This document shows, one piece after another, positions 61,092 through 64,000 of a stretch of DNA of 64,000 nt. Positions within the stretch are counted from its first letter, which is position 1, and the number at the start of each line of letters is the position of its first letter. Source of the DNA: Octopus sinensis (Eukaryota); the NCBI RefSeq assembly GCF_006345805.1, contig NC_043005.1:78368001-78432000 (forward strand), written 5' to 3'. The notes beneath the pieces are model-generated. The model did not search any database. It was given only the letters and a program-made list of their open reading frames with translations, and was not told the origin of the DNA. Made by a program: the position numbers and the translations under genes.

Positions 61092-61726
61092 CCTTTCTGT
61101 CTCTTTCTCAGCTCAGTGTACATGTGTGTGTGTGTATTGGGAAATGCATGTGGTCTGTATGTGTGAGTGTGTTGTGTGTGTATATATATTCCTTTTCATT
61201 CTCTGATTTCATGTCTGTTTCTTCTAAGTTAGCATGAATGAGATAAACCTGTGTGTCTATATACATGTGTGTGTGATATGTATATATGTATGTGCATATA
61301 TGTATGTAAAGTAGTATTTTTATGTATAGCATGGAAAACGGACACTAACGATGATGATGATGATGATGATGATATATATGTAAATTTGTATATGCATATA
61401 TATATGAATGTAAATTTCTATATATATATAAGTGTATGTGTACATATGTATGTTTTCAAATATATATATATATATATAATATATGCCTATATATGTACAT
61501 CTTTATATATAAATTATACATATTCCTGTATATGTACATATATGCATATATATGTACATGTATGTGTATGTATGCACACACACATACATATACATGTACC
61601 CACTTGCACATCACATTCACACGTGTGTGTGTGTGTGTGTGAGAGTGTGTGTTCCAATATTTTCTTGTCTCATCATATTTTCAGTAATATCTCCATCACA
61701 TCTCATCACTGCCTGACTCTTGGCCT

Positions 61727-61758
<32 letters not shown>

Positions 61759-62239
61759 CTTTCTTCTCCTTTCTTTATTTCTTTCTCCTTCTCTTCACTT
61801 TCTCTCTGGCCGAAATAGGTTTCCTTCTTAGAGAGAGAGAGAGAGAAGTGAATGAGTGGGGCAAGACAAGTGTGTGCGGTGGGGCGTAGGGGCAGGTAGG
61901 GACAAGGGCAGAGTGGAGGGTTTTGGTGCAAACTTTGCTTTCTTGATTCAAAGCAGCTGTTATTTAGTTTAATGATGGACCACCATCACCACCACCATCA
62001 GCAGCAACGACAACAATAGCAAGAAGACCTATAATGGCAACATGACACAAGGCCTCAATGGTGCGGACTTATGCATGTGTGTGTCTGGTGGTGGTGGTGG
62101 TGGTGTTGGTGTTAATGACCATTTTTGTGGCAATGATGGCAGTGTCAGTGGTGGTGGTGGTGGTAGTGGTGGTGGTGACGCAGCTGGTGGCAATATTGAT
62201 GACGGTAGTACTGGCATGGGGGTGGGGTTTGACGATGAG

Positions 62240-62520
62240 GGGTGTTGAAGTGGTGATGATGGTGGTGGTGGTGGTGGTGACAGTTATAGTGGTGATGGTC
62301 ATGGTGATGGTCGTGGTGATGGTGGTGGTGGTAGTAGTAGTGGTAGTGGTATTAGTGGTGGTGGTATTAGTAGTGGTGGTGGTGGTATTAGTAGTGATAG
62401 TAGTGGTATTAGTAGTAGTTGTAGCGGTATTAGTAGTAGTAGTAGTAGTGGTGGTGGTGGTGGTGGTGGTGGTGGTGGTGGTGGTGGTGGTAGTTGTGGT
62501 AGTGGCAGTGGTGATGAGAA
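62240..62520. repeat. (GGT)/(AGT)/(GAT) trinucleotide tract
   Basis: Directly visible. It underlies the Thr-rich (-) and Val-rich (+) ORFs. Confidence 0.95.
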
Positions 62521-63199
62521 GAGGAGCTAGTGGCGGAATTGCTTTTGAAGAAGGCGAAGGAGTTGGTTGTCGTAAAGGTGGTGGTGATGATGTTGGAGGT
62601 GACTGAGGCTGTAGTAAGGACATGAAGAGGTGCATCAGCAGCAGGAGCCACAAGAGAACAAGGGGGGTGGTGGGGAGGATCTCCATGAAAGCGGAGGTGT
62701 GCAGTTGTCTCCAAGGTCACGATTATCCATACAGCTAAAGAACACTAGAGGTTGACATTGTTAACTTACGTCTGCCAGAGAGTATCTCATACTCTCTCTC
62801 TCCCGCTCTCTCTCTTTTGCTCGCTCTACCTCTCTCTGCACCCAGCCCCGTTTTTTTTCCCCTACCCTAATCCCGCTCCCTGTTTTTTCCAAAACACCTT
62901 CATCTATCTCATCATTGGCAATTTGAAGAGCTGGATTTCCTGCTTTGCAGCCTCCGACGCCACCCCTGCTAGTGTCTCTGCTGTCGACAGGGCTCTTGAG
63001 AAAGACCTCTGCTACATCCATCCGCACATTCTGGGTCCACTAACGAGATTAATACCAATCTTATTTGTTAGGTTAATTTTAGAAAGTCCTCTCACTCTTG
63101 CACTGTCGACATGGCGCTATACCGACTGCGTGTGTCTGTTGGTTTTCTTTAGCTTTCTCCTTCTGTGTATATGTTTGTGCACTTTTAAGTGTGAGTGTG

Positions 63200-63521
63200 T
63201 GTGTGTGTGAATATATATATATATATATAATGTATGTTATGTATATATATGTGTATATATATATATATATAAAATGTATGTAATATATGTATAATTGTAT
63301 ACACATACATAAACATACAGATATATATGCATGTATGTGTGTATTCTTATATGGTTCTGTGTGTGTATACGTATATATCATATATACATATACACACACA
63401 TATGTATGTATGTGTATATATATTATATATATATATATACACACATACACACACATATGTATGTATATATACACAAACATATACATGTATATGTGTGTGT
63501 GTGTATATATATGTATGTATG

Positions 63522-63562
<41 letters not shown>

Positions 63563-63565
63563 ATA
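63200..63565. repeat. Compound (TA)/(TG)/(CA) microsatellite
   Basis: Directly visible. Confidence 0.95.
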
Positions 63566-64000
63566 TTACACCAACATAGGATCTCTTGCCTAACACTGTG
63601 ACACATTCATCATCTATAGCTGAACCGCAGTCATATTACTTTTAACTCTGCATAATTTTCTAATGGCATTCATACTACCACACACAAACACACACACACG
63701 TATGTCTGTATCTGTTGTTGTCATATATATATACCACTGGTCTCCCTGGGTTCCTTTGCATTGTTGTACTTTTCAAATGATGCCACCCAGCTGGCTAGGC
63801 AGGCAAGCCAACATCATCCCCCTGCAACGGAACACCTTTCCATTACAGGGTTACTCTATTATAGCTGAATGGACTTGAGCAATGTGAAATGAAGGGCTTT
63901 TGCTCAAGAGCATAATGTACCACCAGTCTAGGAATTTGAACACAAAAGCATCTTTCAGTCATGAGTGCAACACCCTAACCATTAGGTCATGCACCTGACA

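Noticed and set aside
62058-62606. 182-aa Val-rich + strand ORF
   Set aside because: It is the complementary reading of the (GGT)n tract, with no credible start context or splice connection to UGGT.
62735-62769. Minus-strand intron joining the donor at 62769 to the acceptor at 62735
   Set aside because: Only 35 nt long, too short for a typical spliceosomal intron. The two signals cannot be paired with each other.
47347-64000. Next UGGT exon (IVRxDLxEL...GAPYxYTPFC)
   Set aside because: Not found by eye in any frame. It is presumed to lie beyond the window.

Overview
AT-rich animal intronic DNA. The repeat landscape suggests an octopod cephalopod such as Octopus; this is an inference. One protein-coding gene is supported: seven consecutive + strand exons of UDP-glucose:glycoprotein glucosyltransferase (UGGT) at 318-403, 3196-3280, 8901-8986, 11261-11359, 20054-20138, 20754-20863 and 47274-47346. 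They splice into a 624-nt/208-codon open frame (GYFQLKAYPGVW...IFSLASGHLYERFLRIMMLSV...YKWPRWL...[12 protein letters not shown]...FVDADQ) that runs into the GT24 catalytic domain up to the DxD motif. The gene continues beyond both window ends. One intron is GC-AG and one is 26.4 kb. The rest is repeats: several tRNA-headed SINE families (labelled A, B, E, F here), a (GAT)n-tailed family with interchangeable tandem modules (C), pogo-, mariner-, hAT- and piggyBac-like MITEs, Helentron/HINE-like elements, decayed LINE fragments (R4/Dong-like, CR1/L2-like, RTE-like) and very large microsatellites. Nearly all ORFs in the supplied track are repeat artefacts. The most interesting unexplained signals are: degenerate minimal hammerhead-ribozyme-like motifs in two to three unrelated small repeat families, one inside an inverted-repeat-bounded element with a tRNA-like head; multimeric SINEs inserted as single units; TCAG|GTGAG recursive-splice-like sites on the sense strand; SINE-free, CpG-retaining islands in the two largest introns; and an antisense signal-peptide plus Thr-rich ORF. 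Everything was read by eye with no database search. Family labels A-J are my own and repeat boundaries are approximate.
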